Below, piece after piece: positions 1-11,859 of a DNA stretch of 64,000 nucleotides (within the stretch, counting starts at the first letter, position 1; each line of letters starts with the position of its first letter). The DNA is from Glaucostegus cemiculus (Eukaryota). A program made the translations under genes and the position numbers. The stretch is taken from positions 41,354,001 through 41,418,000 of the forward strand of contig CDPCPM010000012.1 in assembly GCA_976551045.1 (NCBI GenBank). Direction: 5' to 3'. The notes under the pieces were generated by a model. It had not been told where the DNA came from. It saw only the letters and a program-made list of their open reading frames with translations, and did not search any database.

Positions 1-685
1 AAGAAGGTTGCAGGGTTCACAAAAGGTAGACCCATGGAGAGATTTGAAGACATGAATGGGATCTGTAAAATAAATGTGTTGGTGCTTGGGTGTTGCGTGA
101 AGAGAAGCTTGATTGCTTCACTCCTCCAACAGAGAAAGACACTGTGAATGTGTGTAGGATTTACCCTGGGGTAAGGAAAGGAAGTAAAGAAAAAGAGTGG
201 AAAAATAATTTGATTGCTGTGACTGATGTATTGAATTTTAGTCTCACACTACATCATTTATTGCTGGTCAGGGCCAGCAATGTGCCCAGTTACTGGTGAG
301 GAGAAAACTTTACCATCCTTTATTGCGCTCAGCTGCAAGGGACATGAGATAAGGAAGGATGGATGGGTAGACCACTGCTCTTCTCATCCAGCAGTTTTAA
401 ATTTCACCAGCATGCCTTCCAGTCACTGAACTATCATTATTTTCTGAGATCTAATATTTTATTTCAGGGTTTAAATGAGTACTCTGAATTTCATAATTGT
501 GTCTTATTACCTCAGGGTAGTACAATAAAATGTTCTGAAGTACTGTAAAATAAATTGAAACACTCTAAACAAGGCTCTTAAATAGATAAATATAATGCTT
601 GTTGAAAAAATTTTCAGCAAACTGTTCTGTACTTTTTCAACAGACATTTGATGGATCCAGTGAAAAGTAAGGGTGCTTGAAGAGA

Positions 686-1062
686 TCATAGAACGTAGAA
701 CCTAGAACATTACAACACAGAAGCAGGCCGTTCGGCCCACAATGTCTGTACGGAACATCATGCTAAATTAAACTACATCCCTTCTGCCTACAGATGATCC
801 ATATCCCTCCATTCCCTGCATATTCCTGCATATATCCAACTGCCTCTTAAATGCCACTATGATCTGCTTCCACTACTAGCCCTGGTAGCCTGTTCCAGGC
901 ACCTACCACTCTCTGTGTAAAAAAATAACCTGCCTTGCACATCTCCTTTAAGCTTTCCCCCTCTCATCTTAAATGCATGCCCTCTAGTATTTGATATTTC
1001 AGCTGGAGGAGAAGATTCTGACCATCTACCCTATTTATTGCCTCTCATAATTTTATAAACCT
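686..1062 (-). mobile_element. CR1 LINE 3' end (5'-truncated)
   Basis: Starts with the reverse complement of a CR1 microsatellite tail (catagaacgtagaacctagaac) and the ggccgttcggccc terminal hairpin, then decayed ORF2 C-terminus ending at ctctcataattttataaac. Confidence 0.85.
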
Positions 1063-2029
1063 ATTAGGTTGATGTAGAAAATATTTTGCTCCCAAATAAG
1101 ACGATAAAAAATGTTCAGTCTTGACCTTGTGCAGTTTTGAAGTGGTGCCTATAATGGCAAATAGGCTAGCTTATAAAAGATCTGATTGAATTTCTTGCCC
1201 TTGCTGGAAATTAACCATACAATTGGAATATTCGGACTTGGCCCTTACAGGGGCCCACGTGACATGCAAGCTGTGGCCAAAAGTAGTGGTATGAGGGAGA
1301 GAGAGTGAGAGAAAATACGGAAGAGAGTGAGATCCTCACTTCACGGACAAAGACCTCGGCATCTTGGTAGAGAAGATACACAGCTGGAGAGAGATACTTT
1401 GTGCCGAGGACCAGGAGGAGGTTCAGAGCTATAGCCTGGCTTGCCAACAGCAGAATTGAACAGTAACAATGAGACATTCCAAATGTGGTGTAACATTGGA
1501 AGAAATATCATAAGCTACCAAGGTGAGTGGTCCATACCTTACAAGTCCTACTGAAAGGTACTATTGTTAGCTGCAACTCTCTGGACGTTCATGCTCCCAC
1601 TCCCCTTGTGCACTGCCAACCAGTCAGAGCACCATCTCACCCACAGTGAACACAGATCAATGTCATTGGTTAATTAACCTCTTTACCTTGAAGTCCAAGA
1701 TGAATGAAGTTGGTGGTCGTCATTCTAAAGAGAAGGAGGGCACTCTTGTGCTCAGTGATTGACAAGTCAATGAGAAGGAAGTCTTCTTCCTGATGAGCAC
1801 TGAAGCAGCTGAGTCCCATGGAGCAAGGTGTAAAAGTAGGTGGCGAATATCCGAGAAATGAAAACATCATTTCTCCTTGTGCATCACTATTGAAGTGACC
1901 TATCAGTATAAAGGAATACACACACTGGCCACTTTCTCCAAAGGGATTTTGCCTGCAGCATTGCTATGATATTATTGCAGGTCCAACCCCACGACTGGAG
2001 ACTCATACAGAGGTGGAAGGGCAGGAGGA

Positions 2030-2190
2030 ATTAGTATTGGTTGGTATTGGTTTATTATTGTCATATGTACCAAGATATAGTGAAAAGCTTTTGTTTTTTG
2101 TGCCATCCAGACAGATTATTCCATACATGAGTACACTGAGGTAGAAAAAGAAAACAGAATGCAGAATATACTGTTGCAGTTACAGAGAAA
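2030..2190 (-). mobile_element. Rex1/Babar LINE 3' UTR fragment
   Basis: attggtttattattgtcatatgtaccaagatatagtgaaaagc is the reverse complement of the 3' terminus that follows Rex1 coding sequence at ~42200-42640. Confidence 0.75.
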
Positions 2191-2305
2191 GTTGCCCCTC
2201 AAGTTCCTATTTAATCTTTCCCCTCTCACCTTAAACCTAATGTTCTTGATCCCCCAACCCTGGGAAAAAGACTGACTGCATTTACATGATTTTATACACC
2301 TGTAT
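2191..2305 (-). mobile_element. CR1 ORF2 C-terminal fragment
   Basis: The minus strand reads FKVRGERLNRNLRGNF (within ORF 2116..2463), a typical CR1 ORF2 C-terminal motif. Confidence 0.7.
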
Positions 2306-3228
2306 TTTATTTCATTAAAATCGATGCTGTACAAATCTATTATGGTGCCTTGCTGGAGGGAAACTCTGCACTGTAGCCCTGCTCTAGAGGAACCAGGGGA
2401 AGACTGTGACTGGAAAGCATTCAGGAGAAGGTTGGTGCAGATACACAGTGAAACACCTGGCACATCATCCGGCCCGTCAAAGCGAATTCACTAGATGATT
2501 ATGGAGGCAGAAAACCATCCATTCTCCTCCAGAGGTGATACTCCTGTGCCAACTGCTGTCAACATAGTTACCTGATGCGGCGGATTTCTGCTCCAGCCTT
2601 TCAAAGTCTTTACATCACATTCAAGTCTCAGAGCTCTATTAACCATGAGTCAGCTGTTGGTCAATAACTCACTGCAATCAGGAGGGAGCAGTCAGCAGTT
2701 TTGCAGCATTGTTCACTTGGGTTGGCAGGGGCCTGCAGTCTTCTGCTTGTTGATTGTTTGAGTTGTGCAATTGGAGTCTCAGTAGCTTTGAAGGGCTTGA
2801 AAGTCCTGTCCTCCCCGCGGATGTTGAGGCTTTTCATCACATCACAGTACCTTATGGAACCCTAAAGGTTCTGGGCATAACTGTATTCTAAAGGATTGTT
2901 AAATAGGTTTCACTCAGTCAGAGTCCTTGATCAGAGCTCTTCCAAGAGTTGACTGACAGACAGACCCCATGGAGGTGTGGTTGATATCTGCTGCACTTGG
3001 TTGGAATTCGCATTAATAGCATGACCCCAGAAGCTCAGTAGACAGTGTTTGAACAAGCACCATCCCTCTGTGCTGGCTTCTCAAAATAAGTCACCACTAA
3101 TTCACATCAGTATTGGTCTCATAGAGCCTGTTGTAATTAGTATCAATTTCCAGGCAGGTCCACTCCTCTCATCACAAAAAGCTATTGCTCTATGGTCTAA
3201 TAAGAAAGCAATAATATATCAAGGGTAA

Positions 3229-3500
3229 CATGGCTTTTATGGCTTTAGGGTGAAAGGGTGAAAGATTAGGGGGAACTTCACTCAAAGAGTGGTGGGAGTA
3301 TGGAATGGGCTGCCATTTGATGTAGTAAATGCGGGCTCACTCTTGAGTTTTAAGAATAAATTGGACAGATACATGGACCAGAGAGGTCTGGAGGGTTATG
3401 GACTGAGTGCAGGTAAATGGGACTAGCAGAATACTGTTTCAGCACAGACTAGAAGGGCCAAATGGCCCGTTTTCTGTGCTGTAGTGTTCTATGGTTCTAT
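3229..3500 (+). mobile_element. CR1 LINE 3' end
   Basis: Encodes FTQRVVGVWNGLP...FKNKLDRYMD, followed by the gggccaaatggccc hairpin and a gttctatggttctat tail. Confidence 0.85.
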
Positions 3501-3552
3501 TGAAGGTACAGTTTGGAAAATTACAAAGTTACTCAGCAAGATCTCAATGCTA

Positions 3553-4213
3553 ATTGGTTTATTATTGTCACATGCACTGAGGTAGAGTGAAAATCTTTGT
3601 TTTTCATGCCATCCATACAGATCACTTCACCACATCAGTACATTAAGGTAATACAAGGGAAAAGCAATAACAGAATTCAGAATGGTGTATCACAGTTACA
3701 GAGAAAGTGCAGTGCAGGCAGACAATAAAGTACAAGGCCATTACGAGGTAAATTGTGAGGCCAAGACTCCATATTTTTGTACTCATTATGGCCTTGCACC
3801 TTATTGTCTACCTTCACTGAACTTTCTCTGTAACTGTAACACTTTATTCTGCATTCTCTTACTGCTTTTCACTTGTATTACCTCAATGCGCCGTTGTAAT
3901 GAAATGTTCTGTATGGATGGCATGCAAAACAAAGTTTTTCACTGAACATATGACAATAATAAACCTATTTACCAAGAGGTCAATTCAATAGTCTTATAAC
4001 AGTAGGATAGAAGCTATCCTTGAGCCTGGTTTACGTGTTTTTATATCTTCTGCCCAATGGGAGGGGGGAGAAGAGAGAACATCTAGGGTGGGTGGGGTCT
4101 TTAATTATGTTGATTGCTCTTCTGATGCAGCAAGAAGTGTAGATAGAGTCCATGGAGGGGAGGTTGGTTTACATGATGTGCTAAGCTGTGTCCACAACTC
4201 TGCACTTTCTTGC
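3553..4213 (-). mobile_element. Rex1/Babar LINE 3' portion, interrupted at ~3784-3975 by an opposite-strand copy
   Basis: 3' UTR at 3553-3783 and RT C-terminal region at 3976-4213 are collinear with the Rex1 copy at 42417-42900. Confidence 0.8.
3784..3975 (+). mobile_element. Rex1/Babar 3' UTR copy nested antisense in a same-family copy
   Basis: tggccttgcaccttattgtctacc...tgacaataataaacctatttaccaa is the reverse complement of ~3553-3745. Confidence 0.8.
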
Positions 4214-4214
4214 C

Positions 4215-4520
4215 CAGCAGTGCAATTAGTAGAGCTGCTGCCTTACAGTGCCAGAGATTGGGGTTCATTCCTGACTTTGGGTGTGCTCTGCATGGAGTTT
4301 ACATATTCTCCCTTGTGACTGTGTGGGTTTCCACTGGGTGCTCAGTTTTCCTCCCACATCCTAAAAACATGCTGGTTGGTAAGTCAGTCGGGTACTGTCA
4401 GTTGCTCCTGAAGCGTAGGTGAGTGGCAGAATCTGGGAGAGTTGTCACTGTGTGGAGAGTATAAAATGAGATTAATGTAGGATTAGTGTAAATGGATTGC
4501 TAATGTGGGCTAGAGAGCCC
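4215..4520 (+). mobile_element. tRNA-derived V-SINE (HE1-like)
   Basis: tRNA-like head with B-box-like ggttcattcc and V-domain-like tggagtttacatattctcccttgtgactgtgtgggtttcc...ttcctcccacatcc. Homologous to 60308-60650. Confidence 0.8.
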
Positions 4521-5179
4521 ACTATATATGTTAATATGGATCCATGCCATATATATACACTATATATAACTTTATGGTCTAATTGCATGACCAATTCATT
4601 CTTACAAAATAAATATTAAAACCAAGGCTTAACTGATTAACTGATTCCATTGATGTGAAATAATTGCATGAACAAGATCAATCTGTGTTTATGATACTCC
4701 AGCATTCCATTAATTCTAAAAGAGAATTGATAGAAAAGTTTGTTCACAAATTATTGGCTACAATTATATTGTTGAAAATCATCCAGTCCATAAATCAATT
4801 GAGATGGTTGACTCCAACCACTCTGAGAATCAAAGTTGATTGAAATCTGTAAGGATGCTTAATGGAAGAAAGTGATTGTGATGAGAGGATTAACTCTGCC
4901 CGGAGACTGGTATTAATTACAACAGGTGTTCTGGGTCTAGGCTGATTTGAATCAAGGGTGACTTATTTTGAAGAGTTAGCACAGATGGATGGTGCTCAGC
5001 TTAATACAGTGATTTCATTTCCATTTATGGAGTTTATAATCTGGCCAAGTATCTCCTTTTGCTCTGAAAATAGCTGTGAAACATGAGAGTGTACTGCAAA
5101 CAGAATCAAAGAAGGGGAAACTGGTAATACAAAATTAAAGGATACTGAATTCACAAATACTTGTGACATGAATTGGTGG

Positions 5180-7310
5180 CACAAACAGAACTGATGGCAC
5201 AGAGACAAATTGATGGGGATAATCTGACAGCCATTACAGAAACTGACGTAGAGTGGGAATGGAATATCCTGGGGTGTGTAATTTGAAAGGTTAGACAGAA
5301 AGATAAGAGGTGGAAACTGTTAATAGAACAATGTAATGTAGTAGTGTTGTGGGAAATAATCTTTGCTTGGGCGATCAAGATGTACAATTGGCTTAGGTGG
5401 AGAAAGGAAATAGCATAGGAAGTAATCATTGGTGGGAGTTGTCTAAAGGCCTTTTAACAGCAGCTATACTGTAGGATAACCTAATTTAAAAATTAATGGG
5501 GACTTGGGGAAATTAATGTGATAATTATTAGTGACTTTAATTTTCAAATAGATTGGACAACTCGAATTATCAAAAATGGCATTGAGAATGAACTGCTGGA
5601 GCACTTACTGCAGTTTTCTAGAATTGAAGATTGTAGAGCCAAGTAGGGAACAGGGTATATTAAAGATAGCCAAGTATTATAGGGTAAGAGTAATAAATGA
5701 TCTGTCAGTAAGGATCCTTTTGGGAAGAATGTGTATGATGTAAAATTCTGCATTTCATTTTGGGAGTGAGAAACTTGAAATGTGAAGTTAGTGTCTTGAG
5801 CTTGAGGATGATTATAAATGGTATGAAGGCAGAGTTGGTTAAATTGACTGGAAAATAAGTTAAGTGTTAAGGCAGTAGATGAGAAGTGGCAGATATTTAA
5901 AGAAACATCATCCATTTTTGCAAAGAATCTTCAAGAAGATGATCTAGCATGGCTAATTAAAGATGATAAGGGTTGTATTAAATTGAAAGAGAATGCAAAT
6001 AATATTCAGAAGATCAATGATAGGACAGATTGAGAGAAATTTAGAAACCAGAGAAAGATAATAGCGGGAGAAAATAGATTTTTAAAGACCCTTTCTATAA
6101 AGAGAGTAGCAGAAATAAACATTGCTCCAAATTCTGAAATTCAAGCTTAAAATCTTGCAATGTCCTACATTTTTCATTTAATAATCTAAAAACAAATCTT
6201 GCATGGTTGCTAATTTTCATGGGTAAAAGTGCCCCTGCTGGGATGATTTTTGTTTTAATTTTACCTGCCTGATTTGTTCCGTGCACTGCTTGCGTTGGAG
6301 TGCTTCTGTATGTGAGTGTACTTACAGGAACTGTTCAATGCTGTGATGTCAGTCTGAATGATGACTGCATGCCTTGTGATATGGGACATGGCAATGAGAA
6401 TTGATGTGTGGGAGCACAATTGCAGGGAGGATGAGTTTGTGGCCACAGATACACAGTACTTGTCTTCTCCACTTTTTGAACGCCTCTTTTCCCAGCCCTC
6501 CACCCCCCCAACCCCCAAATTTTCTGTCTGCCCGATGCTAGCCATGTTCTACTGTTCTGTTCATGCAGGCAGTGTTTTAATGAAGGGAAAGGATCACACC
6601 ATCCTAATAATTTCAAGTTAAATTTCACCAATTTAGAGTAATTTTGCTTATTTATTTGACATGGTGCTAAATCCGGCTCCCAGAAAATGAAGCAAAAATA
6701 GATAAATTCCTGGGTAAAAGTGTCTGCAAAGGAATCTGGATTGCTTAAGTAAATGGCACAAGCTTGGCAGATGAAGGAAATGTAAGTTTCTTCACTCTGA
6801 TAGAATAAAAAAGCAAATAGTGGTTTTCATGGAGTAAGGTTTCAGAATGCCAGACACAAGGATCTGTGTGTTTTTTGTATATGAAAAGAAATAGGTTAAC
6901 ATGTAGGTACAGGATGAGGTATAAAAATATACTTGACACAGCAGGATTATAATGAGACAACTTCTGGACTGCTTTGTACAAGTTTGTTCTCAATACTTGC
7001 ATTGGAGGCGATTCAGAGAACATTTACTCAGTTAATTTCAGGAGTTAAGGTGTTGTCTTAAGAATGGTTGTCTAAATTGAGCCAACATTTTGTGGACTTT
7101 CATAAAATGAGAGATGACTTTATTGGAAACATAAGATTCTGAGGCAGGTTGACAGGGTAAATGCTAAGAGAATGTTTCCCCCTCCTGGAAAACCTAGGAG
7201 GAGGAGAGGCATTGTTTCAGAACAGAAATTTGCCTATTTACAATGGAAGAGGATTTTCTCTGTTGTGAACTCTTGGAATTTTCTGGTCCAGAGAGTTGTG
7301 GAGATTGTCC
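5180..7310 (+). mobile_element. Highly decayed CR1 ORF2 (endonuclease ~5200-6100, RT C-terminus ~6700-7310), interrupted by unrelated DNA
   Basis: Residual motifs ITET...WNILG, IISDFNF, LDCLSKWHKLGR-like and FSVVNSWNFLVQRVVE, with many stops. Confidence 0.6.
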
Positions 7311-7850
7311 TTGAACATAATGTTGAGAGAAAGAGAGGGAGGTTGATGTCCTTCAAGGGATGTTTGGATCAGATCCTACTGAAGGTGGAGCAATTTTGAG
7401 AGGCTGTATGACCTAGTTTTGCTGGGTTTTTTTGTTGTTGGAGTCCCTTGGGCAAATGCTCTGCTTGTCTTTTTACTGAATTGTGCAGTATACATGGATG
7501 ATGATGAAGTGGGAGATCCCATCCGAACATTTGAAGATGCCCTCCAGTAGGCACAGGGGTCAATAACATAAAGACACCTATCCTTTAATATCTACCCATT
7601 GGACTGTGTGGTCCATGAAAGATGTTGGGCAACCGTTGGGTATTTTGAAATGAAAGTATCATTGGAGCATGCACTGACCTTGAAGAATTACCTTTTTAAA
7701 TCTTTAACTATAGGTGGAATCTGGAAGGACTAGAAGCCCTTGAGATCCTTGAAGAGCTCCAGATTCTAAGAGGGGTGGAGGGGCATCTTGCTTATTTTGA
7801 AAGCAGCTTTGAATCACTGCCATGGCTTCTACTTATCTCCTTTGAAATTT

Positions 7851-8969
7851 TCACAAGACAAGGAAGCAGAAGTAGGCTATTTGCCCCATCGAGTCCGCTC
7901 ATGAGCGGAAGAAAAATCTATTCCTCTCTAGCCCCAATTTTCATCCTTATCCCCATATCCCTTTCTTTCTTTTTCAATCTTTTTTATTGATAACAAATCA
8001 ATGCAGGTTAAGATATATAACAACAATGTTTACACATGTATTATAGAAATATCAAGTAACAATCATAGGTAATCATGAAAAAAGCAATAAAGTATAATAT
8101 ATATAAAAGAAATAGTTCCAATAATCTCTCGGTTCATAAGTGTAATGTAAAAGATAGAAAAGAAAAAGATTTGTTATATAATTAGAAAAAAAACACAAAA
8201 AAAACCCAAATCAATAAAAAAAAATCATCATAATATAGAGTAAATTAAACCGAAAATGAATTAAAAAAAGAAAAAAAAAACAAAACAAAGAAAAAAAAAC
8301 TGGGCTAAAATTTTCAATAGAAATAGAACAATATGATATCGTCAGCTCAGTTTCTCTGAATTTAAAAAAAAGTTATAGAAGGGGAAACTACATCATATGA
8401 AAGTATTGAATAAATGGACACCAAATGGCTTCAAATTTAAGCGAAGAATCAACAGTACCACTCCTAATTTTTTCCAAATTAAGACATGATATAGTTTGAG
8501 AGAACCATTGAAAGGTGGTAGGGGGTATTGGATCCTTCCATTTAAGCAGAATAGCTCGTTTGGCCATCAATGTAACAAAAGCAATCATACGGTTAGCAGA
8601 AGCAGGTAAATGGCCAGACCCCATATCCCTTGATACTTTGACTAATTAGATAGCTGTCTATCTCCTCCTTAAATGCCTCCAATGATCGTGTCTCCTTAGC
8701 TGTACGTGGCAAAGAATTCCATAAATTCACTATCCTCTGGCTAAAGAAATTTCTCCTCATCTGTCTTAAACTGGAACCCTCTAATTCTAAGTTTGTGCCC
8801 TCTGGTTCTGGACTCGCCCACCAAGGGAAACAGCTTAGCCAATCTACTCTGTCCAGTCCTTTCAACATTCAAAATGTTTCTGAGGTCCTCTCTCATTCTT
8901 CTGTGCTCCAGTGAGTCCAGTCCAACAGCTGACAAACACCCATCATATGTAAGCCCTTTCATTCTGGGA
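7851..8969 (-). mobile_element. CR1 LINE 3' end split by an L1 insertion
   Basis: Tail and hairpin (cacaagacaagg...ggctatttgcccc) at 7851-7963. Resumes at 8619 with ORFs 8593..8868 and 8741..8962 (RNFFSQRIVNLWNSLP; GESRTRGHKLRIRG). Confidence 0.9.
7964..8618 (-). mobile_element. 5'-truncated fish-type L1 LINE (ORF2 C-terminus plus 3' UTR) with 13-bp TSD
   Basis: ORF 8388..8624 contains AKRAILLKWKDPIPPT...LNLEKIR...KFEAIWCPF. T-rich 3' UTR, AATAAA and a (GAAA)n-like tail on the minus strand. TSD ccccatatccctt at 7951-7963 and 8619-8631. Confidence 0.88.
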
Positions 8970-10939
8970 GTTGGAAGTTACATGTTTGAAATTCCTTACA
9001 CGGTACCTAGTGCAGTCTTTCATGGATTGAACCTAGGAAAACTGAAAATTGTTGACTAATTCACAGGCTTGCTTTCCCTTGTGCTGAAGCAAAAGAATGA
9101 AGAATTTTCTCCTAAAACTGAATGTTGTGACCTTGGTCATGCTGTGTGTGACCATGCTGGGAGATATGACAAATCAGTTGCAGGTCTCTGGAATGAGTCT
9201 GGGAAGTTGAGTATGATAGATGCTGAGCACTCCAGGTATGGGTGTGAGCTTGTGGTTCTTTGGAGTTCTGAGGTCTGCCTAGATGAACCAGAGTCACTTC
9301 TCCTGGAGTGAGGAATTTTTTTTTTTAACTCGGTGGTAATGAACTTCTTATGCCTGTCCCTCTGACACCTGTACCATGGTTCCTATTCTTCCAGCAAGAC
9401 CAGCGAACAGCAGGAAAGAGTGAACTGGCATTAATAAGCTTGATTGGCAGTTGAATGAGCAGACTCCCAGAGGTTCCATGGCAGATTTAGAAGTTGCAAG
9501 CGAGTGCGTAGATCTTTTAAAACGCAGAATGGCAGTGTTATAAAGTATGGCCAATAACATTAAATATTTTGCCCAGTGATTTTGAAAGGTGGTGACAAAT
9601 GATGTCATTTAGGAGGAAGCCTGGTGCTGAAGGCCCATCATCTCAAGTAAGATTTGCATTGGATGTCCATGTGGTTTTCCATAATTACACCAAATCAGGG
9701 CAAATATCACTGCAGAAAAGTTCACTTTCATTGGTATTGTATTGCAAGATCAAATTTCAAGGTCATTGGGTAAAATGAAAAAGATGAATTTTACAGATAC
9801 CTTTTTTGTATTCCTCTATTACCAGGGTTTTCTTTTGCAGTGTTGAAATTGACAAATATCGTTTAAGAAAGCTTTATAAAATGTATTCAGTTTTATATTT
9901 GTGCCTGAATCCAAATTTGTATTGCTCAAAACATTGCATCTTAATCAAATGTTTTCCCTTATTCAACACGGAAAGACTTCCTCCTTAATCCAGGCCTCCC
10001 AGCATGTGTGTTCCATATCTGCCTCAATGCTCAATGTGATAAAGGGCAACACATTGCAAGAGCTGGAAATTTCAAAGTGCTTGTATGGGATATGAAGTGG
10101 GATGTTTAATTGGGACATTCTTTTGTACCTGACAGTTGAGTTTGATCCATTAGTAGCAGAAGAGAAAATCTCTCTGTCCTCTGGCTACTCAGGTGGCTTT
10201 CAGATGAGCTTGGGAGATGTCTGCTTGGTTCTAAGCAGACTTGTATCAACAAAGGAGATCCTCCAGGATGTGGCTGTAATTGGAAGTAAATGAGCAATCT
10301 GCACTTGGCTCAGACAAATCTTCAACTGTGTTACTTGAATTGCTATCAAAACTTCCATTGGATGATCATTTCTCCATTAAGAAATGCTGACAACTGATCA
10401 GTTTTATCCATAATGAGGATAAATGGGGTGAAAATTAGAAATGACACAAGATGTTCTGAGTTTGTGAAAATATATTGGTTTATTTGTTTTTCTTTGCCAT
10501 ATCCATCAATCACTTCAAGGAATAAAAACACTTTCATTGGTTAGGTTCATTCTTCAAAAACCTTATTTGGAGAATAATTTCAGAAAACCCATTTTTCTGT
10601 GAATTGGTGAAAGGTCACTAAGCATCAGTATGATTGAGTCTGACTGAAGATGCTTTAGAAAGGTAGCCCAAGTCTTTTGATGTACAGGGATGTTTGATAA
10701 GAGGAGAAATTCTTTCACAATTTCTAGTATTTCGCATGTCCTTAATAGTGTAAAACAGTCTCCTTGAACACAATGCTAGAATGCAACAAGGCAAATTGAG
10801 TATTCTATTGACAACTGCAATGCAATACTCTTCAACCTGTTTATTGGTGCTGGAGTCTGTAAATGTACACTAAAATATGTGATTTTAAAATTTCCTAATT
10901 AAACTTTAGAGCCCTCCTACAACCAAGACAATAAGTTCA

Positions 10940-11786
10940 GCTAACACGATGATGCTGGGGGAAGTCAGCAGGCTAAGGAGCATCTGTGAAGAAAAGCAGT
11001 TGGTCAATATTTTGTGTCAGGATGCTCCTTCAGGATTGAAGATGGGAAAGGGGGAAGCCCAATATATAGGAGAGAAAAGCAGAGCAGTGATAGGTGGACA
11101 AAAGAGGGGAGGTAGGGTGGGCGCAAGGTGGTGATGGGAAGATGCAGGTAAGAGAAAGTGATAGATAGGTGCAGGAGGGGAGAGCAGATCCACCAGAAGA
11201 TGGGGAAAAGGCTAGGCAAGGGAAGAAGAGAAGCAGCATAGTGTGGGGTGGATTTGTGGGGAAGTGGGGTGGGGATTACTTGAAGTGGGAGAATTCAATA
11301 TTCGTGCTGTTAGGCTACAACGTTCCAAGACAGACAATGAGGTGCTGTTCTTCCAGTTTGCATTTGGAATTCTCCTGGCAGTGGAGGAGGCAGAGGGCTG
11401 TGATATCAGTGATAATGTGGGAGGGGTCATTGAAGTGACTGGCAATAGGAAGGTGCCGGTCGTGATTACGGACAGAGTGCAAGTGTTCTGTGAAACGGTC
11501 ACCTAGTCTGCATTTGGTCTCACCAATGATGAGGGGGCCACACTTGGAGCATGTGATTCAGTAGATAAGATTAAGGGAGGTACAGGTGAATCTGTCTCAC
11601 CTGAAAGGACTGTTTAGGTCCCTGGATGGAGGTGGTGTAGGGGCGGGTGTTGCACCTATGGTGGGGACAGTGGAATATTCCTGGGGTGGGAGAAGGAAGG
11701 AGTGAATGAGGTAGTCATGGAGAGAGAGCTCCCTGCAAAAGGCAGAAAGGGGTGGAAAGGAGAAGATGTGTTTTGTGCTGGGGCCC
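10940..11786 (-). mobile_element. Penelope-like element: GIY-YIG endonuclease C-terminus plus terminal repeat
   Basis: The minus strand encodes IGETKCRLGDRFTEHLHSV...PIASHFN...KLEEQHLI..LGTL, followed by the PLE terminal sequence. Confidence 0.85.
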
Positions 11787-11859
11787 TCATTTACACCTTC
11801 CCCCCCATCCCCCCATCCCCCCATCCATCCTGCTCCCACTCCACGAACTTTCCACTGTC

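Larger units (their letters stand above)
1322..2500 (+). pseudogene. Decayed Myb/SANT-like DNA-binding protein gene of PIF/Harbinger DNA-transposon type (multi-exon relic)
   Basis: 1322-1420 translates RE*DPHFTDKDLGILVEKIHSWREILCAED. After frameshifts it continues AW..AELNSNNETFQMW..HWKKYHKL, then a splice donor AG|GTGAGT at 1523. Later blocks are LKQLSPMEQGV (~1800) and RETLHCSPALEEPGEDCDWKAFRRRLVQIHSE (~2358-2453). Contains stops, frameshifts and retroelement insertions. Confidence 0.55.

Noticed and set aside
8090-8310. A-rich low-complexity tract resembling a poly(A) retrocopy tail
   Set aside because: It is the reverse complement of the T-rich 3' UTR of the L1 insertion.
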